A stretch of 63,664 nucleotides of DNA from an uncultured Roseivirgaceae bacterium (GCA_964395765.1 CAYNCU010000001.1:1-63664), one strand, 5' to 3'; shown: positions 9,003 through 18,685, counted from the stretch's first letter. Program-made: numbers and translations. Notes: generated by a model not told the origin, from the sequence alone.

Positions 9003-12000
9003 ATGAGGCGGAAATTCCTGATATTATTAACATTCATCGTCGTTTCTTTGCCTTTATCGGTAGTAAAGGCTCAATTGAACAACCAGGAGCAATTCGGGGA
9101 GAACCGCGTTCAATACAAAAATTTCCATTGGCGTTACCTGAGTTCTGAAAGTTTTGATGTTTATTACTACGATAACGGGGATAAAATTGCCAATGAGGCC
9201 ATCAAGTATCTTGACGGTGAATTCGACAGGATTACGGATATCCTTGGTTATGCACCCTATTCAAAAACCAAGATTTTTCTTTATAATTCGATTGCCGACC
9301 TGCAGCAAAGTAATGTTGGTGTAAATTCATCGGATTTTTCGGTCGGCGGTCAGACTGATTTCTTCAAATCCCAGGTAGAAATTGCTTACCCCGGTACACA
9401 ATCGGAGTTCAAGAAAGAACTTGTCCTGAAATTTTCACAGATGCTGATCTCGGACATGATGTACGGTGGTTCGCTGTCCGACATGTTTCAAAGTTCTTAC
9501 TTGCTTTCTTTGCCTGAATGGTTTATCAGTGGCGCCGCCAATTATATTGCCTATGGCTGGGATGTTGAAATGGATGATTACATCCGTGATATTTTCACGA
9601 ATGGCAAACCCCGAAAACTGAACAAATACAGCGGGGAAGATGCGGCGTTAATAGGACAATCGGTCTGGAATTTCATTGCCCAGAAATACGGCACCGGCAA
9701 TATTTCCAATATCCTGAACCTTACCCGCATTATTCGGAATGAACAAAAAAGCATATCCAATACGCTGGGGCTTAACTATAAAGATTTTATCCAGGAATGG
9801 TCGAAGTATTATCGTGATGCCACAAATTCAGTGAATGCTACCTATAAGCTTCCATCCAACGACAATCGAATGATACGGAATTCAAGGGATTACGATTATA
9901 ATAAAGTCAAGATCAGCCCGGATGGAAAATATATAGCTTATTCCCGGAATCTTCAGGGAAAATATGAGATCAGGATCCATGAAATCGGTAAGCACCACTC
10001 CACTACTGTGCTGAAAGAAGGATATCGGGCCATTGGTCAGGAAGTCGATTACCAATTGCCGCTTATTGCCTGGATCGACATTAATAACCTAGCCGTTATC
10101 GGAACAAAGTACGGGAATAATTACATCTGGTTTATTAACATCAATACAGGCAGGAAAATAAAGAAAGAGCTTACAAGGCTGAATAATATCCGTGATTTTG
10201 ATGTTTCGGAAAGCGGCAACCTGGCTGTTCTAAGCGCGGATGTAAACGGGCAAAGCGACCTGTTCCTGATCAGCCTGAAACGGAATTCCATCAAGCGGCT
10301 TACCAATGATGTCTATGATGATATCAATCCCCAGTTTATTCCCGGAAGTCCTTCCGTCATTTTCAGCTCCAACCGGCCGGATGATACACTCTCGGTAGAG
10401 CATAAGATGGACATGAAAAACCTGAGCGATGCTTATAACCTGTATATTTATAATATTGATACCACCCGGAATTTTCTTTTCCAGGTAACCAATACCACCA
10501 GCCGTAATATTATGCCGATTGCCATTAGCACCAATGAATTTTATTTTCTCAGTGACCAGCAGGGTATTTACAACGTTTACAAATACGAAACCTCAAAAAA
10601 TATTTACCAGCAAATAACAAAATACCAATCCAGTATCATGAATTTTGATATTGCCCCCGACAAACATGGTTTTGTCTATACCATGTATCTTGACAAAAAA
10701 CAGAATATTTTTTACGACCCGGATTTTGATCTTGATCACGGTACTTTTACCCTGCCGACCAAAAGACAGGAAATTATTAATGCCAGATATGTTGCCAAAC
10801 GAATATTGAAACACCGTGAAGAAAGCCGGGATTCTCTCCGGCAGGTTCTCAGTAACATTGCATCGGTTCCCAAAGCCGGCGATTCTACTACGGTGGCTGC
10901 CGATACGACAAAAGCCAATGCCGGTGAAAAGCAGAATAAGAATGAAAATGAATTTATCGATACGGATAATTATGTATTTGACAAGGAAAATGTAGCCGCT
11001 GCCGAGCAACAGCAATCCTTCCTTTCCCAGTACAGAAAATTTTCAAGGCAAAGTGAGGTTATGGGACCTTTCGATTACCAGGTGTTATTCTCAGCTAACA
11101 ATGTAGTCACCTCCTTTATCATCGACCCAATGCTCGGATTCGGGATAAACCTTGAAACACAGATGAACGATATGCTGCAGGATAACCGGTTTTCAGGCGG
11201 GGTGCTCGCCACGACCGATCTCCGCAGCGGTAATATATATGCCGAATACCAATACCTGAAACATACAGTTGATTTCAAAGTCCGGTTCGACAGAAAATCG
11301 ATTTACCGTAGCACGGAATCTTCAAGCCAGAAATATATTCTGAACCAATACGAAGTCGGGGCTGCCCTGCCGTTGAATACAACCTCCAGGATCTCCATTA
11401 ATCCTTTCATTGCCACTACGCAGTTTTACGACCTGGACCCCGGGGCTTTGATTTCTACCAGTTCAATTCCCCCTAACGGAACCACCAACAGTCACTTCAC
11501 TTATGAAGGTTTTAATGCGGATTTCATCTTTGACAACACTGTGCAGAGTGGTCTTAATCTCATTGAGGGTCGCCGCGGGAAAATATCCTATACCGTATAC
11601 AATGACCTCAACAACAGTTCTAAAAACTTTTCCAATCTTTATCTGGATTTAAGAAATTATCAGAAAATACACAGGGAGCTTGTATTTGCAACCCGGCTAT
11701 TTTACGGACGTTTCTTCGGGAACAACAGTCAAAATTATTTATTGGGCGGTGTCAACAACTGGCTGTTTAACAAAACAAACCCCGATAATACCAACAGCCC
11801 ATTATCGGTCACCCCGTTTGTGGATAACAGCAACCTGTTATTTGTCAATTATGTAACCAATCTCCGGGGATTTTATTACGATCAGCTGGACGGCAGTAAT
11901 GCGCTTCTGTTCAATGCCGAGTTACGTTTTCCAATTGTCCGCTATTTTTACCGCGGGCCTATTGCCTCGAATTTTCTTCGTAACCTGTTATTGCTGGGCT

Positions 12001-12260
12001 TCTATGATGTCGGATCATCATGGACCGGAAAGTCTCCGTTTGCCACCGAAAACAGTGTGAATACCCAGATCATAAAAAACACGGGCTCACCGTTCCAGGC
12101 CCAGATACAGAATTTTAAAAATCCCTGGCTTCAAAGTTACGGCTTCGGCATACGTACCGTACTGCTGGGATATTATATGAAATTCGATATGGCCTACCCC
12201 ATCGAAGATTATAGCATTAAGAAACCGAAATATTATGTTTCCCTGGGCTATGATTTCTAA
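9003..12260 (+). CDS. Large outer-membrane protein: N-terminal globular domain + TolB/PD40-like beta-propeller repeats + C-terminal Omp85/surface-antigen-like beta-barrel
   Basis: 1085 aa with signal peptide. The central region has PD40-like repeats (SPDGKYIAYS, FSSNR). The C-terminus resembles Omp85 (NAELRFP ... YVSLGYDF) and ends in an aromatic residue. Confidence 0.55.
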   Translation: MRRKFLILLTFIVVSLPLSVVKAQLNNQEQFGENRVQYKNFHWRYLSSESFDVYYYDNGDKIANEAIKYLDGEFDRITDILGYAPYSKTKIFLYNSIADLQQSNVGVNSSDFSVGGQTDFFKSQVEIAYPGTQSEFKKELVLKFSQMLISDMMYGGSLSDMFQSSYLLSLPEWFISGAANYIAYGWDVEMDDYIRDIFTNGKPRKLNKYSGEDAALIGQSVWNFIAQKYGTGNISNILNLTRIIRNEQKSISNTLGLNYKDFIQEWSKYYRDATNSVNATYKLPSNDNRMIRNSRDYDYNKVKISPDGKYIAYSRNLQGKYEIRIHEIGKHHSTTVLKEGYRAIGQEVDYQLPLIAWIDINNLAVIGTKYGNNYIWFININTGRKIKKELTRLNNIRDFDVSESGNLAVLSADVNGQSDLFLISLKRNSIKRLTNDVYDDINPQFIPGSPSVIFSSNRPDDTLSVEHKMDMKNLSDAYNLYIYNIDTTRNFLFQVTNTTSRNIMPIAISTNEFYFLSDQQGIYNVYKYETSKNIYQQITKYQSSIMNFDIAPDKHGFVYTMYLDKKQNIFYDPDFDLDHGTFTLPTKRQEIINARYVAKRILKHREESRDSLRQVLSNIASVPKAGDSTTVAADTTKANAGEKQNKNENEFIDTDNYVFDKENVAAAEQQQSFLSQYRKFSRQSEVMGPFDYQVLFSANNVVTSFIIDPMLGFGINLETQMNDMLQDNRFSGGVLATTDLRSGNIYAEYQYLKHTVDFKVRFDRKSIYRSTESSSQKYILNQYEVGAALPLNTTSRISINPFIATTQFYDLDPGALISTSSIPPNGTTNSHFTYEGFNADFIFDNTVQSGLNLIEGRRGKISYTVYNDLNNSSKNFSNLYLDLRNYQKIHRELVFATRLFYGRFFGNNSQNYLLGGVNNWLFNKTNPDNTNSPLSVTPFVDNSNLLFVNYVTNLRGFYYDQLDGSNALLFNAELRFPIVRYFYRGPIASNFLRNLLLLGFYDVGSSWTGKSPFATENSVNTQIIKNTGSPFQAQIQNFKNPWLQSYGFGIRTVLLGYYMKFDMAYPIEDYSIKKPKYYVSLGYDF

Positions 12261-12292
12261 ACAAGTTCTTATCCTCCCCTTATCTTTCGAAC

Positions 12293-13057
12293 ATGGATCT
12301 TTTTTTCAGGCAAATCGGTAAAGGCCCGGCCATGGTTATCCTGCACGGACTATTCGGAAGTTCCGATAATTGGCAAACTTTAGGCAAGCGTTTCTCAACT
12401 GATTTCCATGTGATCATTCCCGATTTAAGAAACCATGGCCAGTCCCCGCATGCGGATGAAATCAATTATTCTTTAATGGCTGAGGATATTAAACGACTTC
12501 TTGAACAGTTAAAATTATCTTCTGCCATTCTTATCGGACATTCCATGGGAGGGAAAACAGCCATGCAGTTTGCGCTCAGCTTTCCACAGATGACGGATCG
12601 ACTTATCGTAGTGGATATTGCCCCGAAATCCTACCCCATTCATCACGAAAAGTATGCGGAAAATATGCTCAGCCTGAATTTATCCTCCATTCACAGACGG
12701 GAGGAGGCTGATCAAGCCTTATGCCAATCTATTTCCAACCCGGTAATCAGGCAATTCCTCCTGAAAAACCTGGCAAGAAACGATCACGGTGGTTTCCGGT
12801 GGAAGATAAACCTGGAAGCCCTCAGGAAAAATCTCCCTTCTCTCGGTGCTGAAATAATATCCGATCATCCTTTTCCAAAACCCGTCTTGTTTATTGCAGG
12901 GGGAAAATCGGATTATATGAATACTTCCGACCGGGAAATGATCCGACCTATTTTTCCTGATTTCAAGTGGGTAGAATTTGAAAACGCCGGCCACTGGATC
13001 CATGCCGATGAACCGGAGCTTTTTTACAGGGAAGTAATAAATTTTATTCATGGATAA
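12293..13057 (+). CDS. Alpha/beta hydrolase (esterase YbfF-like)
   Basis: 254 aa with nucleophile elbow GHSMGG and an HGLFGS oxyanion region. Confidence 0.75.
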   Translation: MDLFFRQIGKGPAMVILHGLFGSSDNWQTLGKRFSTDFHVIIPDLRNHGQSPHADEINYSLMAEDIKRLLEQLKLSSAILIGHSMGGKTAMQFALSFPQMTDRLIVVDIAPKSYPIHHEKYAENMLSLNLSSIHRREEADQALCQSISNPVIRQFLLKNLARNDHGGFRWKINLEALRKNLPSLGAEIISDHPFPKPVLFIAGGKSDYMNTSDREMIRPIFPDFKWVEFENAGHWIHADEPELFYREVINFIHG

Positions 13058-13799
13058 GCGGAGTAACAATAAATCGAAACAAACAACTACCCGGTCCGGT
13101 AAATTGTTTTTAATCCCATCCAACCTGTCCTCGACTGACGCCGGATATTTTATTCCTCCGTTCAATGCAGAAATCATGCAATCGCTGAAAGTTTTTTTTG
13201 TGGAAGATATAAGGAGCGCAAGAAGGTTTATCAGCAGCCAGCATCTGGGTATTGAAATAGACTCTCTTCAATTTTTGGTGTTAAATAAAGATACCGGATA
13301 CGAAGATTTATCCCAGATGATTAATATTCTCAAGAGCGGAAAAAATGCCGGCGTACTTTCCGAAGCCGGTTGCCCCGGTGTAGCCGATCCGGGATCGGAC
13401 CTCACAGCGCTTGCCCACCGGAATAATATCAGGGTAATACCGCTGGTCGGACCGTCATCCCTATTGTTATCTCTAATGGCTTCCGGCTTCAACGGCCAGA
13501 ACTTTGTTTTCCACGGTTACCTTCCGATACGCGAAAAAGAAAGGGAAAGGAAAATCAGGGAGTTGGAAAACAGCCTTTATAAAAACCATGAAACACAGAT
13601 CTTCATTGAAACCCCTTACCGGAATAACCAGTTATTTAAAAGCCTGATGAAAACATTAAAGCCACAGACTTTATTATGCATTGCTGCGGGCATCACCGGT
13701 CCCGAAGAGTCGATCATAACCCGGCCTGTCCGTTCCTGGAAAACGAAGGAAATTGTATTGAATAAAACGCCTTCGGTTTTCCTCTTATATCATGAATAA
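13050..13799 (+). CDS. SAM-dependent methyltransferase, tetrapyrrole-methylase (RsmI-like) fold
   Basis: 249 aa. GKLFLIPSNL N-terminus and SEAGCPGVADPG motif are typical of the TP_methylase/RsmI-like family. Overlaps the upstream gene by 8 nt. Confidence 0.65.
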   Translation: MDKRSNNKSKQTTTRSGKLFLIPSNLSSTDAGYFIPPFNAEIMQSLKVFFVEDIRSARRFISSQHLGIEIDSLQFLVLNKDTGYEDLSQMINILKSGKNAGVLSEAGCPGVADPGSDLTALAHRNNIRVIPLVGPSSLLLSLMASGFNGQNFVFHGYLPIREKERERKIRELENSLYKNHETQIFIETPYRNNQLFKSLMKTLKPQTLLCIAAGITGPEESIITRPVRSWKTKEIVLNKTPSVFLLYHE

Positions 13800-13974
13800 T
13801 ACCTTAAAATATGTCCTTATTGATGTGAAAAAAGGATATTTTAAAGGTTTACAATTTCAATAAAGCTTTGATTTTTAACAGAATAAAATGTTAATTTTGA
13901 AGCTTTCAATAATATATTATATTTTTTCTTGATTTTGTATAATTTTATGCAATCATTCCGTTGAATTAATAGCC

Positions 13975-14697
13975 ATGAGGACTTTCTTTCGATTCACACT
14001 ACTTGTTTGTTTTCTCTGTATTATTTTCGAAGTTTGGGTGTTTGGAGAGACAATAATTCCAGCTGACAGTACTGTTGAAGTATCAGGCTTTGTATATGAT
14101 TCGCTTTCCGGGAATCCGGTAGACAGCGCCACCGTTATATACCAGGATTTACCTTATGGCAATTCTATCGGAATTATCAAAACCAAGCCGGGAACAGGTT
14201 ATTTTGAATTTAATACCATGGGAGCTCAGGGATATCAAATTGAAGTGAAGGCACACGGATACGGAACCATTTCCGATAAAATAACTCCATTGTTGGAATC
14301 GGTAAACCATAAGCTCACCAAGAAATATTATATGACCCGTTCACCGGAAGAAGGGGATGTGATAAAATTAAACCACCTGATTTTCGCCCTTGGGAAAGCG
14401 GATATAACGCCGGAGTCCTATGATGAGCTGGATCGTCTGGTCAAGATGATGAATGATAATCCGCAAATGATGATCCAACTGGAAGGACATACGGATTTCA
14501 GGGGCAGCCCAAGTAAAAATATGACGCTTTCGCAGGAACGTGTAGAATCCGTGAAAACCTACCTCATGCAAAAGGGGATCAAGAAGGACAGGATTCTCAC
14601 AAAGGCATTCGGAGGTACCCATCCGATATCGAGGAAAGCAACTGAAGAAGCGGCAAGGTTAAACAGGAGAGTTGAAGTAAGGATTATCAAGAAATAA
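13975..14697 (+). CDS. OmpA family protein (carboxypeptidase-regulatory-like domain + OmpA C-terminal domain)
   Basis: 240 aa with signal peptide. The OmpA_C signature includes LEGHTDFRGSPSKNMTLSQERVESV and NRRVEVRI. Confidence 0.8.
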   Translation: MRTFFRFTLLVCFLCIIFEVWVFGETIIPADSTVEVSGFVYDSLSGNPVDSATVIYQDLPYGNSIGIIKTKPGTGYFEFNTMGAQGYQIEVKAHGYGTISDKITPLLESVNHKLTKKYYMTRSPEEGDVIKLNHLIFALGKADITPESYDELDRLVKMMNDNPQMMIQLEGHTDFRGSPSKNMTLSQERVESVKTYLMQKGIKKDRILTKAFGGTHPISRKATEEAARLNRRVEVRIIKK

Positions 14698-14728
14698 TAC
14701 TGGCTAAATTTTAACCATAAACACTACC

Positions 14729-16891
14729 ATGTCAAGGTTTTTAATTCTTCTTGTTTTTGTACTGGTATTTTTTATACCGGCATTTTCCCAGGATGTACAG
14801 TGGGCTTCCAAATTGCTTGACGTATCATCCGAGCTTTCGCCGAAGGAATATTCGGCAAAACAGATTCTCGGCAAGCCCAATGTACTTCCCGAAGGCGGTG
14901 ACAGCCCGAATGCCTGGCTTCCTGCCAATCCCAATAAGACGGAGTATATTAAAGTAGGCTTTGATCATCCCAGCCAGATCCAGCAAATCGATATCGGCGA
15001 ATCGTATAATCCCAGCGCTACGTACCAGGTTTTCGTTTACGATACAGATGGCAATGAGCATCTGATTAATACTTTCGATCCGCATCCCATCGACGAAAAA
15101 TGCCGCCTTCTGAAAATATTCATCGATCGTACTCCCTACCAGGTTGCTGCTGTTAAGCTGGTACTGAACGGTCTTGCTGTTCCGGGATATTGCGGCATTG
15201 ACGCCATCGGGATATCGGATTCCAAAACTCCGGTTGAGGTAAAGATCGATGTGGCGCCCAATGTTTCAAGTGCCGTAAAGGTCGAGAAACTGGATGATAA
15301 CGTAAACAGTGCTTATCCCGAAATACGACCACTTATTTCACCGGATGGTAAAACCTTATATTTCAGCAGGATGAACTACCCGGATAATATCGGCGGGGCA
15401 GAGGACAAGGAAGACATCTGGTATTCCAAGCTTGATCCGAAAACCGGCGAATGGGGTGAAGCAAAAAATATCGGGGCGCCCCTGAATAACGCGGGGGAAA
15501 ACTATATTTCATCCATCACCCCTGACGGAAAATCCATGATGGTGCTGCTGGGCAACCAATACGAAAAAAATGCAGATATGAAGCCGGGAATCTCCGTCAG
15601 CACGCAGAAAAGTGATGGCACCTGGACAGCTCCGCAACCCGTAGATATCCAGAATGCTTTCATTGAAAAGAATGACGGGGATTATTTTCTCGCCCAGAAC
15701 AGGAAGATCCTGATTATGGCTGTTGAACGTTTCGATTCTTATGGCGGGAAAGACCTATATGTATCTTTTCAGCAGGACGACGGCACCTGGACAGAACCCA
15801 AAAACCTGGGTAACGACATCAATACCGCACATACAGAAGAATCTCCTTTCCTGGCGGCTGACGATGAAACCCTGTATTTTTCCTCCAAGGGATACAGCGG
15901 ATTCGGCGGGTCGGATATTTATATGAGCCGTCGGCTTGACGATACCTGGCAAAACTGGACGGAACCCGAGAATCTCGGCAGTGAGATCAATTCTCCTGAA
16001 GACGATGATTTCTTTAATATTCCTCCCTCAGGAAAATATGCCTATTTCTCGAAAAGTAATACGGAACTGGATGCCGATATCGTAAGAGTACCTTTACCTC
16101 TTTTCTTCCAGCCGGCTCCCGTTATTGCCATGAAAGGAAGAGTATATAATTCCGAAACGATGAAACCTATCAAAGCGAGAATATCCTATGACTTGCTCCC
16201 GGAAAATACGGAAGTAGGTTACACCGTTTCCGACTCAGCATCCGGCGACTACCAGATCGTTCTCCCGGTAGGATCAAGTTATCGTTATGCTGTTTCCATC
16301 GAAGGATTCCTTCTAAAGGAAGATACGATCAATCTTGTTGCCCAGAAAGACTATAAGGAAATCGAGAAAGACCTTTATATTGATCCTGTGAAAATGCAGC
16401 AGTTCGCGGCCATGCAGGCGCTGGCTTCCCAGAAAGGAAAGGCCGAAAAAGAAGCTAAAAATGACAGCTCCAATTATGTAACGGTGAACGGCAAAAAATA
16501 CGAAAAAGTCCAGAATGCAATCGAGATCAACGAAGGAGTTTTATCCATTCATGTCTTATTTGACTTCGATTCCGACAGGATAAAGGAGAATTCCTACCCT
16601 GATCTTGACCGCGTGGTAAATTTACTGAAAAGCACTCCGGTCAATATATTCATTGTCGGGCATGCCGATAGTACAGGACCAGCCGCTTATAACCTGGATC
16701 TTTCGAGACGAAGAGCCAAATCAGTTTACCGCTACTTTGTAACTAAAGGAGTAGATGCCGATAAGCTTAAAACCTATGGATTCGGGGAAACCAAACCGAT
16801 CGCCTCGAACGGCACTGTCGATGGGCGCCGCAGAAATCGCCGGGTTGAATTCGTAAGACAGGATCAATTCGATCAGAAGTATAAAAAATAA
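14729..16891 (+). CDS. OmpA family protein with PD40/TolB-like repeats
   Basis: 720 aa with signal peptide. Repeated SPDGKTLYFS / DIWYS / DLYVS modules. C-terminal OmpA domain (GHADSTGPAAYNLDLSRRRA ... NRRVEF). Confidence 0.8.
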   Translation: MSRFLILLVFVLVFFIPAFSQDVQWASKLLDVSSELSPKEYSAKQILGKPNVLPEGGDSPNAWLPANPNKTEYIKVGFDHPSQIQQIDIGESYNPSATYQVFVYDTDGNEHLINTFDPHPIDEKCRLLKIFIDRTPYQVAAVKLVLNGLAVPGYCGIDAIGISDSKTPVEVKIDVAPNVSSAVKVEKLDDNVNSAYPEIRPLISPDGKTLYFSRMNYPDNIGGAEDKEDIWYSKLDPKTGEWGEAKNIGAPLNNAGENYISSITPDGKSMMVLLGNQYEKNADMKPGISVSTQKSDGTWTAPQPVDIQNAFIEKNDGDYFLAQNRKILIMAVERFDSYGGKDLYVSFQQDDGTWTEPKNLGNDINTAHTEESPFLAADDETLYFSSKGYSGFGGSDIYMSRRLDDTWQNWTEPENLGSEINSPEDDDFFNIPPSGKYAYFSKSNTELDADIVRVPLPLFFQPAPVIAMKGRVYNSETMKPIKARISYDLLPENTEVGYTVSDSASGDYQIVLPVGSSYRYAVSIEGFLLKEDTINLVAQKDYKEIEKDLYIDPVKMQQFAAMQALASQKGKAEKEAKNDSSNYVTVNGKKYEKVQNAIEINEGVLSIHVLFDFDSDRIKENSYPDLDRVVNLLKSTPVNIFIVGHADSTGPAAYNLDLSRRRAKSVYRYFVTKGVDADKLKTYGFGETKPIASNGTVDGRRRNRRVEFVRQDQFDQKYKK

Positions 16892-16902
16892 AGTTTCAGA
16901 TT

Positions 16903-17243
16903 TGTTTATACCCGGCTTGATAGCCGGGGCATGATGGTTTTCATAATAACTTGACAGCGGGGCTTTTTATACCCGGCTTGAAAGCCGGGGCATGATGGGT
17001 TTCATAATAACTCGATAGAAGGGTTTTTCATAACCTGGTTTGAAAGCCGAAACTTTTTATACCCGGCTTGAAAGCCGGGGCATGATGATTTTCATAATAA
17101 CTCGATAGAAGGGTTTTTCATAACCTGGTTTGAAAGCCGAAACTTTTTATACCCGGCTTGAAAGCCGGGGCATGATGGTTTTCATAATAACTTGACAGCG
17201 GGGCTTTTTATACCCGGCTTGAAAGCCGGGGCATGATGGGTTT
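16903..17243 (+). repeat. Tandem array of REP-like hairpin repeats (units of 61, 90, 90, 61 and about 39 nt)
   Basis: Five copies of TTTTTATACCCGGCTTGAAAGCCGGGGCATGATGG have stem CCCGGCTT/AAGCCGGG, with hairpins at 16910, 16971, 17061, 17151 and 17212. Two decayed copies (AACCTGGTTTGAAAGCCGAAAC) start at 17032 and 17122. The two 90-nt units differ at 2 positions. Confidence 0.9.
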
Positions 17244-17387
17244 AACTCCTGCCGAAGAAAGAAGGCCATTGATAAAAATGACAGAAATTAATTAGCTTTG
17301 ACTGCGGAATGTAAATTTATTGATTTTCAAACCGGCAAACGATTTCCCAATTTATGGGGAGACATTTAATTTGATATAATGCGCATA

Positions 17388-17470
17388 GTTAGGGGTGCCT
17401 TAAAATAACAGGCTGAGATCAAACCCTCATAACCTGATTCCGGTAATGCGGACGAAGGGAGTTCGGTCGA
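17388..17470 (+). promoter_or_regulatory. TPP (THI-box) riboswitch, copy 1
   Basis: AGGGGTGCC..GGCTGAGA..AACCC..AACCTGATTCCGGTAATGCGGACGAAGGGA matches the conserved TPP aptamer core. It is followed by GGTCGAGGTTTTTT and lies 83 nt upstream of the PnuC-family gene. Confidence 0.9.
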
Positions 17471-17552
17471 GGTTTTTTAAGCATTCCGGAGGATGACCTC
17501 AAATTTCCTGATCTTAATAAAATTGCAGTGAGTTAATATCCTATTTGCTGAC

Positions 17553-18170
17553 ATGGATACGATCCATACTTTATATGCGATGCTTGTCAATGACCTTGAA
17601 AATCTCAGGCCACTGGAGATCGCCGGCGTATTTTTCGGCCTGGTGAGTGTATTGTACGAAAGGAAGGGTAATGTGCTTCTCTATCCAACCGGAATTATTA
17701 ACGTATTAATCTATGTCTATCTCTGTTTCCAGTCCAAGCTGTACGGCGATATGGCTATTAACGTTTATTATTTCGTGGTCAGCATTTATGGTTGGTATTT
17801 CTGGTTGCATAAAGATGATAAAGGAAAATATGTCTTCATTTCCTATTGCAGCAGGAAAGAGCTCCTGAATTTTCTGATCCTACTGATTGTTTCCTTTATC
17901 CTTTTATATATTCTCCTGCGCTTTTTCACCGACAGCAATGTGCCCCTGATCGATTCTTTTACTACGGCATTGTTTTTCACCGGAATGTTACTGCTGGCCC
18001 GGAAAAAAATTGAAAACTGGTTCATGTGGATCATTGGCGATTTCATTTCCATTCCCCTGTATTTTTATAAGGGTCTTGCTTTTACCAGCCTTCAGTTCGT
18101 GGTATTTTTTATCCTGGCTATTTCGGGATACTTTGTCTGGAATCGAATGTACAAAACACAGGCGGCATGA
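17553..18170 (+). CDS. pnuT: PnuC-family vitamin transporter, probably a thiamine-type PnuT given the riboswitch
   Basis: 205 aa with about 7 TM segments and PnuC-type motifs (ENWFMWIIGDFISIPLY). Directly preceded by a TPP riboswitch. Confidence 0.7.
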   Translation: MDTIHTLYAMLVNDLENLRPLEIAGVFFGLVSVLYERKGNVLLYPTGIINVLIYVYLCFQSKLYGDMAINVYYFVVSIYGWYFWLHKDDKGKYVFISYCSRKELLNFLILLIVSFILLYILLRFFTDSNVPLIDSFTTALFFTGMLLLARKKIENWFMWIIGDFISIPLYFYKGLAFTSLQFVVFFILAISGYFVWNRMYKTQAA

Positions 18171-18685
18171 AAAAAGTTGCGATCATCGGTCCGGAATCAA
18201 CGGGGAAAAGCTGGCTTGCAGAAAAGCTGGCTGTGCATTTCCATACCCACTGGGTACCCGAATTTGCCAGGCAATATATTGAGGGTTTGGACCGCCCCTA
18301 CCAACGTAACGATCTTCTTGAAATCGCGAAAGGCCAAATAGATCTTGAAGACACGCTCGAGCAGGAAGCCAACGGAATTTTATTTTGTGATACGAATCTC
18401 TATGTAATCAAGATATGGAGCGAGCATAAGTACGGTCAATGTGATCCGTGGATCCTCCACCAGATCCGGCAAAGAAAATATGACCTTCATCTTCTGACTT
18501 ATATTGATATCCCGTGGGAAGACGATCCGCAGCGCGAACATCCTCATTTGAGAAATTATTTTTACGACGTTTACCATAGCGAGCTGGTTAAAGGCGGGGT
18601 AAAGTTTGAAGAAGTGAAGGGGCTTAATGAAACCAGGCTTGAATCGGCCATCATGTCCGTAAAGAGAATAATCAATATTCAATAA
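18167..18685 (+). CDS. NadR-C-terminal-like P-loop kinase (ribosylnicotinamide-kinase-like AAA ATPase)
   Basis: 172 aa with Walker A IIGPESTGKS. The FCDTNLYV and YDLHLL...PWEDDPQR pattern resembles the NadR RNK domain. Overlaps the transporter gene by 4 nt (ATGA). Confidence 0.7.
   Translation: MKKVAIIGPESTGKSWLAEKLAVHFHTHWVPEFARQYIEGLDRPYQRNDLLEIAKGQIDLEDTLEQEANGILFCDTNLYVIKIWSEHKYGQCDPWILHQIRQRKYDLHLLTYIDIPWEDDPQREHPHLRNYFYDVYHSELVKGGVKFEEVKGLNETRLESAIMSVKRIINIQ

Noticed and set aside
16903-17243. Possible CRISPR array, given regularly spaced approximately 35-nt repeats with intervening sequence
   Set aside because: The 'spacers' are themselves repeated: identical 26-nt and 55-nt intervening segments occur twice each. 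The period alternates 61/90 nt rather than being constant. No cas genes or leader are nearby. It behaves as a tandem duplication of REP-like units.
16930-17290. Mini-ORFs inside each hairpin repeat (ATG ATG GTT TTC ATA ATA ACT TGA = MMVFIIT; variants MMGFIITR, MMIFIITR; last copy extends to 20 codons)
   Set aside because: There is no ribosome-binding context or conservation evidence available, the ORFs are very short, and the only variable codon may simply reflect repeat drift. I cannot support them as coding from sequence alone.
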